A DNA stretch of 63,414 bases, filler included, from Octopus bimaculoides (lineage: Eukaryota), in assembly GCF_001194135.2 (NCBI RefSeq). It is 5 parts of 5 records of this genome, joined end to end, with 100 filler letters (N's around TTAATTAATTAA, not from the genome) between each part and the next. Parts side by side here need not be neighbours in the genome. Positions count along the whole stretch, not along the records: positions 1 to 25,986 come from NC_069001.1; positions 26,087 to 52,733 come from NC_068991.1; 3 more parts are not named here. One strand, given 5' to 3'. A program made the position numbers and the translations under genes. This document shows positions 15,156 through 29,824 of the stretch, in pieces (positions within the stretch are counted from its first letter, which is position 1; each line of letters opens with the position of its first letter). The notes under the pieces were generated by a model. That model saw only the letters and a program-made list of their open reading frames with translations, did no database searches and had not been told where the DNA came from.

Positions 15156-15737
15156 TCTAGATACATGATGGGCTTCTTCACAGTTTCCATATATGAGCTT
15201 CTTAGCCACACAGCAGCGATGCTGAAGTGGTTTCACATGAATTTAGAAGTTATTGATTACTGGACACCGAGATTCTAATTAAATCATTAATAAATAATTA
15301 ATAAGTAATTAAGAAATAATATCACTGAATTCTAACTCACCACTTGAAGAACTAACCTCCACAGAAGTTAAAAATTGACAAAAGTGGGGGAAAAAAAAAA
15401 TCCGGATAAAACTACTTGATAAAATGGCAAAAATAACATAACAAATATGAATAAATAGATAAAAAAAAAGAAAGAAATAGATAAACACACATGGAGCAAA
15501 CAGGAAGTCTTTCCACAGGAAGTTCTCTCTAAAATGAGACTAAACTTTGTTTCTTGCACAGGGGAGTGGTTAGTTCTAGTTTTTGACCCGAGAACAAGAA
15601 AACTATTTGAACTGTGGCTTCATATGGTGCAGAATTTAATGACAGCTGTGGCACAGAACATTAAGAGTTAATGCGCATGTGTGCATGCATACGCGCATGT
15701 TTGTATATATATATGTGTGTGTGTGTGTGTGTATATA

Positions 15738-15808
<71 letters not shown>

Positions 15809-18287
15809 CATATTTACTTGTTTTACAAGAAAAAAGAACTAGGGTGAGACTTATACACAAGTAAATATGGTATAAACAATCGTACCATTGCTGTATGAAG
15901 TAAACACCTGGCTTACAAACAGATTTTTATCTCTCTGTGGACAGAAAAAAAAAGGGGGATTAATTCATTTGTGGTCCCCCCTCACTCCCCACTCCATCCA
16001 GCATTTTTGAATGATTTCAAATGTATGCTACACCCTTTTCGTTTAATTAAATCCAAGCATGGCTGTATGGTTAAGAAGTTTACTTAGCAAGTATGTTATT
16101 TTAGGTTCAGTTCCAATGCACAGCACCTTGGGCAAACACTTCCTATTATGGCCCAGGGCTGACCAAAGATGCACTGCAAATCATCATCATCATCATCATC
16201 ATTTAGAGTCTGTTGTCCATGCTGGCATGGGTTGGACAGTCTGACCAGGGCTGGTAAGCTGGAAGGCTGCACCAGACTCTAGTCTGATTTGGTAAGGTTT
16301 CNNNNNNNNNNGCACCAGACTCTAGTCTGATTTGGTAAGGTTTCTACGGCTGGATGCCCTTTCTAACGCCAACCACTCTGAGAGTGTAATGGGTGCTTTT
16401 ACATACCACCGACACAGGTGCCATTTGCGTGACACCAGTATCTGCCATGACTGCGATTTTGCTTGGCTTGATGGGTTTTCTTCTCAAGCACAACATAATG
16501 CCAAAGGTCTTGGTCATTGCCTACGTGATGCCCAGTGGTGCCCTGTGTCCTTGAGCAAGACACTTTACTTCACGTCACTCCAGTCCACTCAGCTGGCAAG
16601 GGGTCGTATGGCACATTGTGCCACGGTGAATCTCCCAGAGAACTACGTTAAGGGTCTGCATGTCTGTGGAGTGCTCAGCCACTTGCACATTAATTTCACG
16701 AGCAGGCTGCTCTGTTGATTGGATTGATGGAACCCTCGTCGTCGTAATTGACAGAGCGCCAATCTGTGTGTGTGTGTGTGTCCCCGCCACCACTGCTGTT
16801 TTGGTGTGTTTATATCCCTGTCATTTAGCAGTTCAGCAAAAGACACCGATAAAATAAGTAATGGGGTTCACTCATTTAGCTAAAAAAATCCTTCAAGGTG
16901 GTGCCCCAGGGTGTTCCATCGAACTTTTACCACCACCACCACCACCACCACCACCACCCACGCCACTACCTAGGTGAGGAATTAGTGGTGGTGGTGGCGG
17001 CAGTGTTGGTGGGGAAGGCAATGACTACAGATGTGCAAAGGAGAACAGCCTAGCTGGCAGTCGAAGATGATGATGATGATGATGATGGTGATGGTGATGA
17101 TGACGATGATGATGGTGATGATGGTAGTGGTGGTGATGGAGATAGTCACGCTGATGACAGTAATGATGATGATGATAATAATGGGATGGTGATGATGGTG
17201 GTGGTGGTAGCAATGATGATAATGATACTGACTATCATGTTGATTATGACCCCCCCCCCCNNNNNNNNNNGGCCTTGATCAAAAAACATCCTGACAGGCC
17301 CAGAGCACCACCACCACCACCACCACCACCAATAACACTGTTATGGCAGTGGATGGGGGGGGAAGGGGAACTCAAAGTACTCTTTATTTATCATCAGTCA
17401 ACATCACCACCACCACCACCACCACCACTACCACTACCATTACCATCAGCTCCACAACCACATCACCATCATCACCAGCACCACCAGCACCACTGCTAAT
17501 ATAATCATTGTCACCCATCATCAACATCACTGCGATAGCAGCCAAATCCCCCTCAAAATCACACATATTACCTACTTTGAATAAAGACAAAAATGGGTGG
17601 GGAGAAAATGCATATCAGCGCATTGAATCATGTAGTCCGAGGTACACTATATCTGAAAAAAAAAATACATACATATATGTATATATATCAAGATGGTCAT
17701 GTCTGGAATGTCTAATCATAAGTCTGCTCCAGATGGAGCCACCTTACAGTACAATACACCACCACCACCACCATCACCATCACAACTGCTACATATACCA
17801 TCACCATCATCACCATCATGGACGACATCATCCTCATCACCACCATCATCACATTGCCAGCTTCCACTCATGTTTTTTTTCTGTGCTTCTGGTGTTGTTT
17901 TTTTATTGTTTATTTTTCACAGTGATTTCATTCCATCGGAAACTCACATGGCTTACTTTTCTGGATTGTTTTCTTTTTCTCTCTTTTTATATATACATAT
18001 ATTTTTTTATTATCTTCGTTATAAGCGGTAATCTCTCTCTCTCTCTCTCTCTCTCTTTTCCCATCTTATACCGGAAACTGACGCTGATCGTTGATATAAG
18101 CAGTAATATCACTTGCTCTCTCTCTCTCTCTCTCTCAAGGGAAAATACTTTTATCATTTGATACGGAGGTTAATCTGCCTCCAGAAACCTCACCCTTTCT
18201 CTCTCTCAGCATAAGTTTTTATTTATTGTTGATATGAACGTTAAGCTTTCTCTTATCCATTCCAAATCTCTTCCTCCCATCAGAAAT

Positions 18288-18359
<72 letters not shown>

Positions 18360-18600
18360 TATAGAGAGAGAGAGAGGGAGAGAGAAAGAGAGAGAGATGT
18401 GTGTGTATTCTTTTACTTGTTTCAATCATTTGACTGCGGCCATACTGGAGCACCACCTTAGTGGGATTTAGTCGAAGAAATTGACCCCAGGACTTATTCT
18501 ATTGGTCTCTTTTTGCTGAACTGCTAAGTTATGGGGACGTAAACACACCAACATCAGTTGTCGGGTAATGGGGAGGGGGAAGGAACAAACACACACACAG

Positions 18601-18636
<36 letters not shown>

Positions 18637-19255
18637 TTTCTGTCCACCTAATCCATTCACAAGGCTTTAATCAGCTTGAAGCTATAGAAGAAGACATTTG
18701 TCCAAGGTGCCACTCAGCAGGACTGAACCTGGAAATATGTGGTTAGGAAGCAAGCTACTTACCACACAACCACAACCACAAAATATATATATATATATAA
18801 TTGATATAAGCATTATGCCCAGTTCAATCTTTCTCAGGGGAATCAGGCTAAAATGCAATAAATAAGGAAAAAGAGGGGGAGGAAAAACAAAATAAAAAGA
18901 AACACAGAGAAGATAAGAAACAGGAGAGGAAATAAAGAAAGAAAAGAAGAAAGGAAAGAGTGAGAGAAAAAGAGGGCGATGAAGCTGTGTACTTGTAGAT
19001 AGGGGTACAGAAAAAAGAGATGGCGGGGTGGGGGAATCTGAGAAGGGAGTTACAGGCTAGAGAACAGGAAGGGAACCCGGTGGTGTGAGAGAGAGAATGG
19101 GAGAGCCAGGAGAAGGGGGGTATATGTCGGGCCGGGGGGGGGGAGCGACTAGACAGACAGCTGGCAAAATGGCTATGAAGACTGCTCATAGACATTCCTT
19201 TGCAAATATACGTTTTTAGCATTTTAGCCGCAGGCTAATCTAGGTTTAGTAGATC

Positions 19256-19480
19256 TACGAGGGAGTGTTGAAAAGTTCCTGGCTTAGTTAAAAAGAAAAT
19301 ACAGGAGGATTAGTTAATTATGATTTTATTCAACATATTCCCCTCCCAGGTTCACACACGTATTGCAGCAGTCCTTCAGTTTTTCTAAGCCCTATAAAAG
19401 AACTCGGAAGCTTGGGTCTCCAACCAGGCCTTTCGCAATTACCTTAAAAGAACTTTTCAGCACAATCAAATTCGTTCTAG
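19256..19480 (+). mobile_element. Probable mariner-type terminal fragment
   Basis: Begins TACGAGGGAGTGTTGAAAAGTTCC, resembling TA-CGAGGG mariner termini. No partner TIR seen. Confidence 0.4.
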
Positions 19481-19503
19481 CTGCAACCATCCAGCCATCA
19501 TCA

Positions 19504-19564
<61 letters not shown>

Positions 19565-22333
19565 GGCCTAACGGTTACGTTGATTCTTAAGGTGAGCATC
19601 AAGTGTGACAAAACTGGGGACGCTTAAATTACAGCTACAGAGCACCCAACTAGCTTAGGTCTATTTAAGTTCATTTACAAGGCATAAATCGAGTGGAGCA
19701 TATAATAAAAGACACTTGTCCAAGATACCGCCCAGTGGAATCGAACCTGTGATCTTGCGATACATGCACACACAGTGACTCGAACATCAAAATGGATATT
19801 CTCTTAAGACCAAACGTAACTACGTGTGAGTGTGTGCGTGCGTTATGTATGAGAGTGGGCGAGTGTAGTGCGAGTGCGTGAGTTTGTGCATGAGTGAGAA
19901 TGGATAAGTGTGTGTGTGTGTGCTTGCGTGCGTCTATGTCTGAGTGTAAGTCTGAGAGTGCGTGAATACGAGTGAATGCGATAATGAGTCTGTGTATGTG
20001 CGTGTGCTTGCATGCTCGTGTGTGTGTGTATATATATATATGTGAGACCGAGACAATGTACACAAGCCTCCTATTCAAACCACACACATGCACAGAGACA
20101 GAGAGGGGAATCCCACAGCCCCGCCACACCGCCTGCTGTAAATATGGGAAGAGACGATCCCCCCTTCGCCACACACACAACACAGCTGTGTGCTGTTGGA
20201 TTTATTAACAGACGTAGTTAAGTTTATTAAACGGTCTGTGTCTATATTGTGACGCGTTGAAGTATGACCGATCCAGCTCACCTCAGATATTAATGCCAGA
20301 CAATATAGATAGACGGGTAGGGAGAGGTTGTGGATGAGACAGTGAATAATGGGGGTAGAAAGGAGAGAAAAGGAAGGGCGGAGAAAGAGAATAAAGGAGA
20401 AAGGGAAGGGGAAACAGAAGGTAAACGAAACAGAAGAAAGAATAGTGTTTTTTATTTATCTTTCTTTTCACCATTTTGCTTGTTTCAGTCGTTGGACTGA
20501 GACTTGTGCAGCGACACTGTATTAAACGGTTTAGTTCAAGCATGGACAGCCTTTTTCGAGAAGTAGGACGCATGAGGCATGCTCCATCATCAGACGGGCT
20601 GTGCTACCAAGAGAAAAATAAAAAGATTCTTCGTTTAGACATGCTATTCAGAAAGTGCCGCGCGGGTCGGAAGTTACCCATGAATGGTTCAGTCGAACAA
20701 ATCCACTCCAGTACCTTTTTTATTTACAAAAGAAAGAAAAAAGGGGAGAAAAGGGTGGTATTAATTCTTTTGGTCTTTCTTGCCAAACTGCTATGTTATG
20801 GGGACGTAAACAAACCAACACCAGTTGCCAAGCAGTGGCAGGGAGAGGGTGAACACACACTCGCGTATATATACACACGATGGGCTCCTACAGTTTCCGC
20901 CAAATTCACACAAAGGTATTGGTCGGCTTGAGATTTATAGTAGAAGATACTTGCCCGAGGTGCCGAGCGGTGGCACTGAACCCGAAACCATGTGGTTGCA
21001 AAGCGAGTTTCTTAACCACACAGCTATACTGCGTCTATAGGGCTGAAGAAATGGATATAAAAAGTGATAAAAGAAAGAAAAAAAAAAGAATTCGGAAAGA
21101 AGGACGGCAGAAGACTGACCAGAGATGATCATTGATTGATAGGAGACGACAGAAGATTGATGAAAGTTAGTAAAAAAAAAACCAAGTGGAGATGGAAGAC
21201 TGACTAAAACAAAGAAAGAGAAAGGAGGAGAAGACTGATAAAAAAATGGATCAAGGTAGATGAAGGAAGGCAGAAAACAGACGAATGAAGACAAAAGACA
21301 GATGGGTGAAAGCAACTGTCAAGATGGTATAAGGCAGAANNNNNNNNNNNNNNNNNNNNNNNNNNNNNNNNNNNNNNNNNNNNNNNNNNNNNNNNNNNNN
21401 NNNNNNNNNNNNNNNNNNNNNNNNNNNTGAGTGAAGGCAGACGTTAGATGAGTAAAGGCAGACGTCAGAGATGAGTAAAGGCAAAAGACAGATGGGAGAA
21501 AGCAGAAGAGAGAAGAATGGCGTGCCACTCAAGCAAGCCAGCCAAAACATTAACATCGTCACCATTGTCGTCATTGTGGCGGTCGTCTGCGCTGTCATTG
21601 TGAAATGTAAGCAACAGACGACATGAGGCGGTAATGACGACATAGCAACGGTAATATAACATATCTCATGTTGGGGTGTGAAAGAAGGATGGGAGGGATG
21701 GATGGTCGAGAATGGCGAGGGAAAGAGTTATGAGGGGGGGGGGAATGAAAAGAATGTAAGAAGAGAGGAAAGGGAAATAGGATTGAAAGATATTAAGATG
21801 GAAAATCAGAAGGGGAAAAATAAAGAAGGAAAAAATACAGAATGAAAATAAAAGAGAAATGAAGACACGAAAGGAAGAAGATACACAAACAAAACAAATG
21901 TGAAGTTGAGACGAAAGAAACATCGGAGAAGGGAAGAGAATAAGGAAAAAAAAAGAATCGAGGTAGATAGACAGAGATAGATAGATAGAGAGATAGATTA
22001 ACAGACATACAGATAGACTAAGAGACGGAGACAGAGACAGACAAACAGGCAAACAAATACACAGACAGACGGATAAATAGAGACAGATCGATGGAGAAAG
22101 GGTCAAAGACAGAAAAAGGAGAAAGACAAAGAAAGAAAAACTGACGGACGAACGGGGAGTGAGGGAGAAGATACAGGACAGACAGACAGAGCAACATGAA
22201 AAGAAATGACGGAGAAACAGAGAATGAATGAGATGTTAACGTTTTCATATACAATAGAACCAAAAGTGTTAACTGGGACCCTTAAGATTCGCCTTTCGGT
22301 TTGGTTAAATATTGCTTAACCGAAGGACTAGAT

Positions 22334-22928
22334 AAGAGGTTCTCAATCATTTTCTGTCTGTGGAACCATTTCATTCCAATTCTACTCAACTGGACGCCCA
22401 TAGACATTTGATTTTTTTAAAAATCCCATTATATATTTAAAATTAAACATTATTATTTCGTTTTTGTATCTAGTTTGCCAGATTCCATATGTGAATTCGT
22501 GTGCTGAAACAAATTTTGTTGTGTCATACTGGAGAGAGTCATACTGCCTTAATATAACGCACACACCGGTTCAATTTCCACTCATTTATTTATTCCAGAA
22601 AGCTTTTTTTCGTGGCTGCATTTGCGACCGTATTCCGACTGACTCTGAATCAAAATCCATTGATACGGTCGCAAATGCAGCCACGAATAAAAGCTTCCTG
22701 GAATGAATGAATGAATGAATGAATAAATGGAAATTGAACCGATGTGTTATATTAAGGCACTACGACTCTCCCCAGACACAATAGATATTATTAAGAATTG
22801 TAGAAAAAATTTGTGAAAATATTTTATACATCGTAGAAGCATAGCTGATTCATTGCACATAATTTTTAACAACTAAATCTTATATGGACCACCAAGGGTG
22901 ATGTGAACCTCGGTTGAGAATCATTGGA
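22334..22928. mobile_element. Degenerate hAT-like MITE
   Basis: Ends AGAGGTTCTCAATC and GGTTGAGAATCATTG resemble inverted CAGGGGTTCTCAACC-type termini. TSD not recoverable. Confidence 0.35.
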
Positions 22929-23623
22929 CAAGACCGTCAGGCGAAGCTTAAGAAAGTCCAAACCAACAATTTGTTTATACACGTGCGCACACACGTATTT
23001 GCTAAACAGTGAAGAGGTATATTAACAAGATTGTTCAATGATTCGACAAGCAATTATGCAATACTGGCAGTAATTTGTCGAAACGCGTGTATGTTTTATA
23101 AAGCATAAGTTACCATATGTGTTTTCGATATTTCATTAATATCTTATATCATCCATTAGCAGCTCACTGACCTCAATTTCTGCCATGTGTGCTATCCATT
23201 TACCAAAAGCTGACCAGTGACCTATGCTTTTATACCAAGAATCCTCAACCGAGTTTTATTACGTTTATCGTTTTCTTACATCAGAATGAACCACACTCAG
23301 TGAAGAACTCTGACAGCTGCAGATTGAGTCCCCTGTTTCATAAGTTTAATGACACGAAGTTTCGTTCGTGAAAACCATTATGAACGTCATACGATTATAC
23401 ACCCGAACGATAAGTAAACTGACTGCTCTGAACCGATCAAGTTATATGCAACGGGTGTGTGCATGTTAATACAATAATAGACATCAAACAAGTAGAAATT
23501 AGTATCACACATAGACACGATACGTTAATATGTTCAAGTTGGAAGCGTTGAAATGCCGAATTTTCTCTTCAGACGGGTGTAACATCTTTTATATGATATA
23601 ATGCTATATATAAGTACTTGTTC

Positions 23624-23684
<61 letters not shown>

Positions 23685-25986
23685 ACCTATCTATCTATCT
23701 GTCTGTATGTATGTATGTAAACAAAAATAAGTTATGAGAAATAATTCAGTGGTGAGTGGCATGTATTTGAACAACGTAGGTATATCAAATTGCAACAAAT
23801 TTTTTTGATTTATTAAATTATCTCCGCCGCTACAGTATGTTTCATAATTACAAACTGACAACTAAGACAAGCTCCACACGAGGAGAGATAATCTCCAGCA
23901 TCAAGAATTTCTCCGAAGTCGACACGCCATTCATTAAAAGGGCAGGCTTATTGTCTGGCGATAAGAAGACCGTCACGCTCGTCTTTCTGGCTTAATAACC
24001 GTCTTCAGCACAGCAATTATCTGACCTTATCTTCAGCAGCCAAAGGTCTAAGAGGTACATAAAAAAAATATTAAAAAATCAGATTAATTGCCGAGGTATG
24101 CTCTCCAACCACACAGTTCCAGGGTCAATCCCAAAGCGTGGCTTCCAAAGTGTTTTCTACTTTAGCCTCGAGTCGACCAAAGCCTTGTGAGTGGATTTGG
24201 TAGACAAAAACCGAAAGAAGCCTGTCGTGTGTGTGTGTGTGTGTGCATCTATGTGTTTCGTGTCTGTTTATCCCTCCCCCATCATCGTTTGACAACCGGT
24301 GTTGGTGTGTTTACGTCTCCGTAACTTCGTAGCTCGGCAAAGAGAACGATAGAATAAGTACTAGGCTTAAACTTGGTGCAATGTGGAAAAATGGGTTGCG
24401 TGGATGTTCGAGGACATGTCACTTGGCCCAAGAACTTACGATTTGTAGACTCAGCATCCGAACCAATCCGAAGCCAAGTGCTTACAGAGAGAGAGAGAGA
24501 GAGTAGGTAAAGGGAAAGAAATAGGGACAGACGGAGAGAGGGGAAGTGAGCGAAAGAGAGACAGACGGGAGAGAGATGGAGAGAGACGGGAGGGTGCAGG
24601 AGCAAGAAGGAAAGAGAGAGAGGGAAAGAGACAGACAAGACGGAGGGGGAGGAGGTAGTACGTAGATATGCTGCACACATACCCACAGAGAAACCTGTGT
24701 TTAACATGTCTCACACGCTTTTGCACAGATAAGCTTGTGTATAAACAAAACACACACACACACATATATATACAGACAAACTACACATAGAGAACTTGGG
24801 TATGGACACACACATACCATACTCTGCAAACAGACACTTTTACAGATATGTCTCGCACACAAACACATACATCAAAAGTGTGTACAAACATTAAACACAT
24901 ACAGACACAAAACAGAAACTTCTGTGCAGACACACACACACAAATAAATAAATAAATAAATAAATACAAACATACGCATATACACACTTGTATGAATAAT
25001 CATATACACAAAACTTACACGTTCAAATATACCGAGGCACACACACATTTATACATCCCACCATTTCCGACATTACAGAATATAAAAAAAAAGCCAGCGC
25101 AGTGTTCACTCAATCACTCAGTGAAATGGCGGCGGCGGCGGCGGTAAGGGATGATGGATAAGCGGGTGGATACCTAGGGTGTAGAAGTGGAGAGGTTTAC
25201 AAGTATAGGCTTCTCTAGTTGCAGCCAACAAACTCTAGGTACTAGACAGAGAGGGGAGAGAGAAACAGATGGGGGTAAGAAGGACTGGTATCTCAATCGT
25301 TTTGGGGCAAAGAGAACTTTTGACAGCGATGGCGGATGTGATGAGGGGAAATGGAAGACATAACAATAAAATGAAGAAGAGAGGAGATAGATGAAGGGCT
25401 ACAAGATCTCTCATCTTTAGAACGAGGGTTGTGTTTAACGTACTTGTATTCTCTTTTACTTGTTTCAGTCATTTGACTGCGGCCATGCTGGAGCACCGCC
25501 TTTTAGTCGAACAAATCGACTCCAGAACTTATTCTTTGTAAGCCTAGTACTTATTCTACCGGTCTCTTGTGCCGAACCGCTAAGTAACGGAGACGTAAAT
25601 GCACCAGCATCGGTTGTCAAGAGATGGTGGGAGGACAAACAAGCGCATGCATACACACATGTATAGGACGGGCTTCTTTCGGTTTCCGTCTAACAAATCC
25701 ACTCACAAGGCTTTGGTTGGCCCGAGGCTATAGTAGAAGACACTTGCCAAAGGTGCCACGCAGTGAGATTGAACCCAAGTACAAAAAACTGTCAGCTGGA
25801 GGAGGGAGAGGTTGTCGGAGATTGGCGAGAGGCAAAGATATTATTCTGCTTAGCGAAGGCATCTGGGAAATGGATATCTGCTGTCATTTACAGAAAAACT
25901 ATTGTTTTACCCTGAGAAAAGCGCTGATGAAGTGTTAAGTGAAATTTGGCAATCGAATTTGGTAGACGGAAACTGTATGGAAGCCC

Positions 25987-26086
25987 NNNNNNNNNNNNNN
26001 NNNNNNNNNNNNNNNNNNNNNNNNNNNNNNTTAATTAATTAANNNNNNNNNNNNNNNNNNNNNNNNNNNNNNNNNNNNNNNNNNNN
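25987..26086. other. Artificial 100-bp assembly spacer (44N-TTAATTAATTAA-44N)
   Basis: Identical structure at four places. The 12-mer gives stops in all six frames. Confidence 0.92.
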
Positions 26087-26122
26087 TATATACACACACA
26101 CACACAGATACATACACACACA

Positions 26123-26156
<34 letters not shown>

Positions 26157-28166
26157 GATACATAAACGCGGGCGAGTCAAAAGTAATGCAATTTTTTATT
26201 TGCATTACTTTCTCACTTTAGTATATATTTATGTATGACAGAAGTGTGTGTGTGCGTCGTGTGCTTAGGTAAACAAATTATTTTAAAAATTTACTCCAAC
26301 GGTGAGCAAGAGGTTTAACAAATTTAAAATTTAATAAATTTATTGCAAAAATTAGTCTATCGCTATTGATGTTATTGTTTACCGCCAATTTAACCCTGAC
26401 TGAGCAGACCTATGATCAATGACTTTTCCGCAAGGAAAATCTACGTTCTTATGAGAAACAGTGTATAGCAATTCATACACATAACAAGAAGTAAGATATT
26501 GCTAGGAAGACTGCAAACAAACGAAAGTATTATCGACTTTTAAAAAGGCAGAAACTGAAGTGGTTTGTTTATGCAGCACGACGCCTTGACACTTTACCCC
26601 TGAGGAGAAAAAGAAAAACCTTGGCGAAAAAGACAGGTATATAGGGAGACCACAAAAGTGATGATAGGCAATATTAAGGAATGGATAGCGCAGCTCGGTA
26701 GTGACATGGAAGCGGTCCGTCTCGGGCGACGTATTTATAGGAGTGGCACTTTTTTTTTTTTTGAGACAAGAGGGTATGATTTCAAAGTGTTCTAGCTGCT
26801 ATTTCTTGCATATCAAGAGGCCGTGTTCTTGTTGCTAATGCTGTTGTTGCTGCTGCTTTTGTTGTTGTTTTTGTGTAGTCCTCAGATCAGCCCGAATGCA
26901 ACACAGCAACTGCCTGTACAGTCGTATGGCAAACCGAATGTTGATAGTCGGCCAAATTATTCCGTTCGACCTGTTATATCTCTTTACCAGCAGGAGATCA
27001 TACTATACACTCAAACATGCACTGGTAAATTGCATGGAGTGCTGAGTAACAGAGTTTAGACATGTTCTTGTTGTGACCACGGTAGATGCAGGCATCGTCA
27101 ACTTGATTAAAGCGCGGCTGTTACTTTGTAACCTCTGCTTATTCTTACTCCTGTGCTCATTGCTGGTGATATACATCCCAGTAAAGCGTTTGGGACTAGT
27201 GATGTTATTGATGTTGCAGTCTGTCTGTGTGTTTAATAGAACAAAACGCTGGCTAGCAACCTATCTGTCAACCAGTGTCACGGTGTATATATGTTGGAAT
27301 GTAGCAGCTGTGACTATACTGAAATACAATCCAGACAATTCTAACCTCCTCGACTTGGGTTGGGAGTGTACTTCAGGCGACCGATAATGCAATTTTATCC
27401 AGTGAAACAGTATCACGTATTTGAGTGAAACGGTAAGAATGCGTTGGAATGTGAGGAATAAGATGCTGTGAAGTCAGATGAGCGTTTAATGGGTTATCTT
27501 CAATACAGCAAAGCAAGTACAAATAACAAAAAACAACAACAAAAGTCCAAGAGACCCTTGCAGTTAGTATTGTTAGGTTGGCGCTCAAGAAAGGAAAAAG
27601 TTATGGAGTAAATGTTTTAGAGTAAAAATATAACGTTTCGGATAAGGTCCGCCGTCAGATACCAGAAAAAGTTCAGGGACAGACAAAAAGGGAAAGGAGA
27701 TAAAACAAAGGAGAGCCGGGAGAAAAACACACGAGGGTTAGGTTTCTTGTTTGATCCCTTACTAACCGGAAGTATGAGAGGTAATTGTAGTGGCAAGAGA
27801 GTGATACTGGAGTAACATCTTCAATCTACTTAAGCAGCGAGTTGGCAGAGCCGTTTGGTGCGTCGGATACAACAGTGCTTTGCAGTATCTATTCCGGCTT
27901 ACATCGATCTGTGTTCAAATCCCTATGAAGTCAAATTTACATTTTATCCTATCCTATCCATCATGATACTGATCATCAACCCTTGGATATTACTGTTAAG
28001 AGCCTTAGGACACATAAAGCCAGTTACCCGTTTTCCATTGCGTAAATGTAGCCGAGTCCACAATACTTCCTGATGATGATGATAGAATTAATAACAACAA
28101 TAATAATAATAATAGTAATAATAATAATTATTATTATCATTATTATTATTATTATTATTATTATTA

Positions 28167-28582
28167 ACCTTTTTCATTTGACATAAATGCGCATTCATAC
28201 AACTATGGCAAAATACATGGACGTTACGAATATGAGAACAGATGGAAGTGTCTTGTCGTCCATTTTAAAGCACATTTCTTCGTGTAGACTTGTGAGTCAG
28301 AAGAAAGAAGTTGGAGTGCGCTCTTGTCCTTGCTACTCAAGGTGATCTTGTATGGTGGGGTTCCATGACTATCCCTAGAGGTCCTCCTGAATCAGAGGGA
28401 TCCCATCACGACCCTTTTTTCCCCGTCTTTTTCTAGTGTTATATACTATGTATATTTCCCTTCTAATATATACCGTGTATACTTTTTATTTTATCATTCC
28501 TAATCATATGTAAACCCCCACGCTTTATGTCTGTTTTTGTATTGTCCCCTCGTCCTCTGCCCTGGTGGGAAATAAAAGAAAC

Positions 28583-28583
<1 letters not shown>
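28167..28583 (+). mobile_element. Degenerate 3' end of an L1/Tx1-type LINE within (ATT)n
   Basis: Remnant LFHLT*MRI...KYMDVTNMR, a T-rich UTR and tail TTGTATTGTCCCCTC...GTGGGAAATAAAAGAAA similar to the tail at 61523-61570. (ATT)n on both sides. Confidence 0.55.
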
Positions 28584-28616
<33 letters not shown>

Positions 28617-29552
28617 AATAATATTATTATTATTATTATTGTTGTTGTTGTTGTTGTTGTTTGTGAAATCGCTTCTGGTGTTCTTGCTAGTGGACCCGAC
28701 TTTCAAAATGAATGAGGCAGTGACGGTAGCGGCGGTAATGGCGATGGTTGTTGCTATTGTTGATGGTGATGGTGATGGTAGTGGTGGTGGTAGTGGCGGT
28801 GGCAGTGGCGGTATCAGTGGCGGCAGCGGTGGTAGAAGAGGTTGCTTTTTATCCTCTTTGGAACCGGCAAGGTTGCAAAGTCTTCACTATACTCCTTTGT
28901 GATATCAAACGTTTTCAATGCTGCCGCTGCTGCTGCTGGTGATTTTCTTGTTAAATCTTCTTCAGTACGTGTCAAACGTATCGAAGCAAAAGACAGCAAT
29001 TTTTTTTTTACCTCTGACATCAAGTATTGTTGCCATAACAACAGCAATCCTGTTGCTACCAACAGAGACACCAGGCAAAGTCATTTCCTCCCCCTCTCTC
29101 TCTCTCTCACTCTCCTTTATTTTTATAGCACTCTCAGTCACCCTCTCTTTGTCATATTTATCTCCAATGAACATTATTATTCATTCACGCAGATCCACAT
29201 TTTCTTTTTCTCAAGAAAATTATAGACTCGCAAATACAATATTCAAAATCTGACAACTCTCGGAGAAACAGAAACCTCACCAAACAAAAGTGGGGCAGTT
29301 TTTCTGTGTAGGGGACAAAAATGCTAGTAAAAACACAACCCAGATCGGGTGAAACCTAGAAATTTCAGAAATTCTACGAAGCCGAGATCGAGTGTCGCTT
29401 CCCGTCAATGTCCAATAACAACAGCAGCAGCAGCAACAACAACAACAACAACAGCAAAATAATAATAATCCTTTCTACTATATAAAAACAACACCTGAAA
29501 TTTTGGGGGAGTTGGCCCGTCGAGCAGATAGACCCCAGTACGCAACTGATAC

Positions 29553-29607
<55 letters not shown>

Positions 29608-29824
29608 TACTGTCTATGTGATCTCAAATTTTAAAGCAAACACATAATTTTCTTATGGTTTCTTAAACATTCACTTGAACAAAATTGTACAAATCCAAAT
29701 ATATGGTACTCTAGGCATAACACCTACATGAACTTCTAACTTGTTGTCTCTTGAGGTCTCTGGGTGAGACTTGGATCCAACTTGTACAAATGCAAAACAA
29801 AAGTCAAACATAAAATAATAATAA

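Noticed and set aside
20476-20931. 151-aa plus-strand ORF
   Set aside because: It starts in a SINE-tail-like sequence and ends in a family B SINE, with no protein signature.
26031-26042. TTAATTAATTAA as a homeodomain site or conserved motif
   Set aside because: It is always centred in exactly 44+44 Ns, so it is synthetic.
28500-29071. Gly/Ser-, Pro- and Asn-rich overlapping ORFs
   Set aside because: Built from GGT/GGC, AAT and GCT runs, with no recognisable domain or consistent splice sites.
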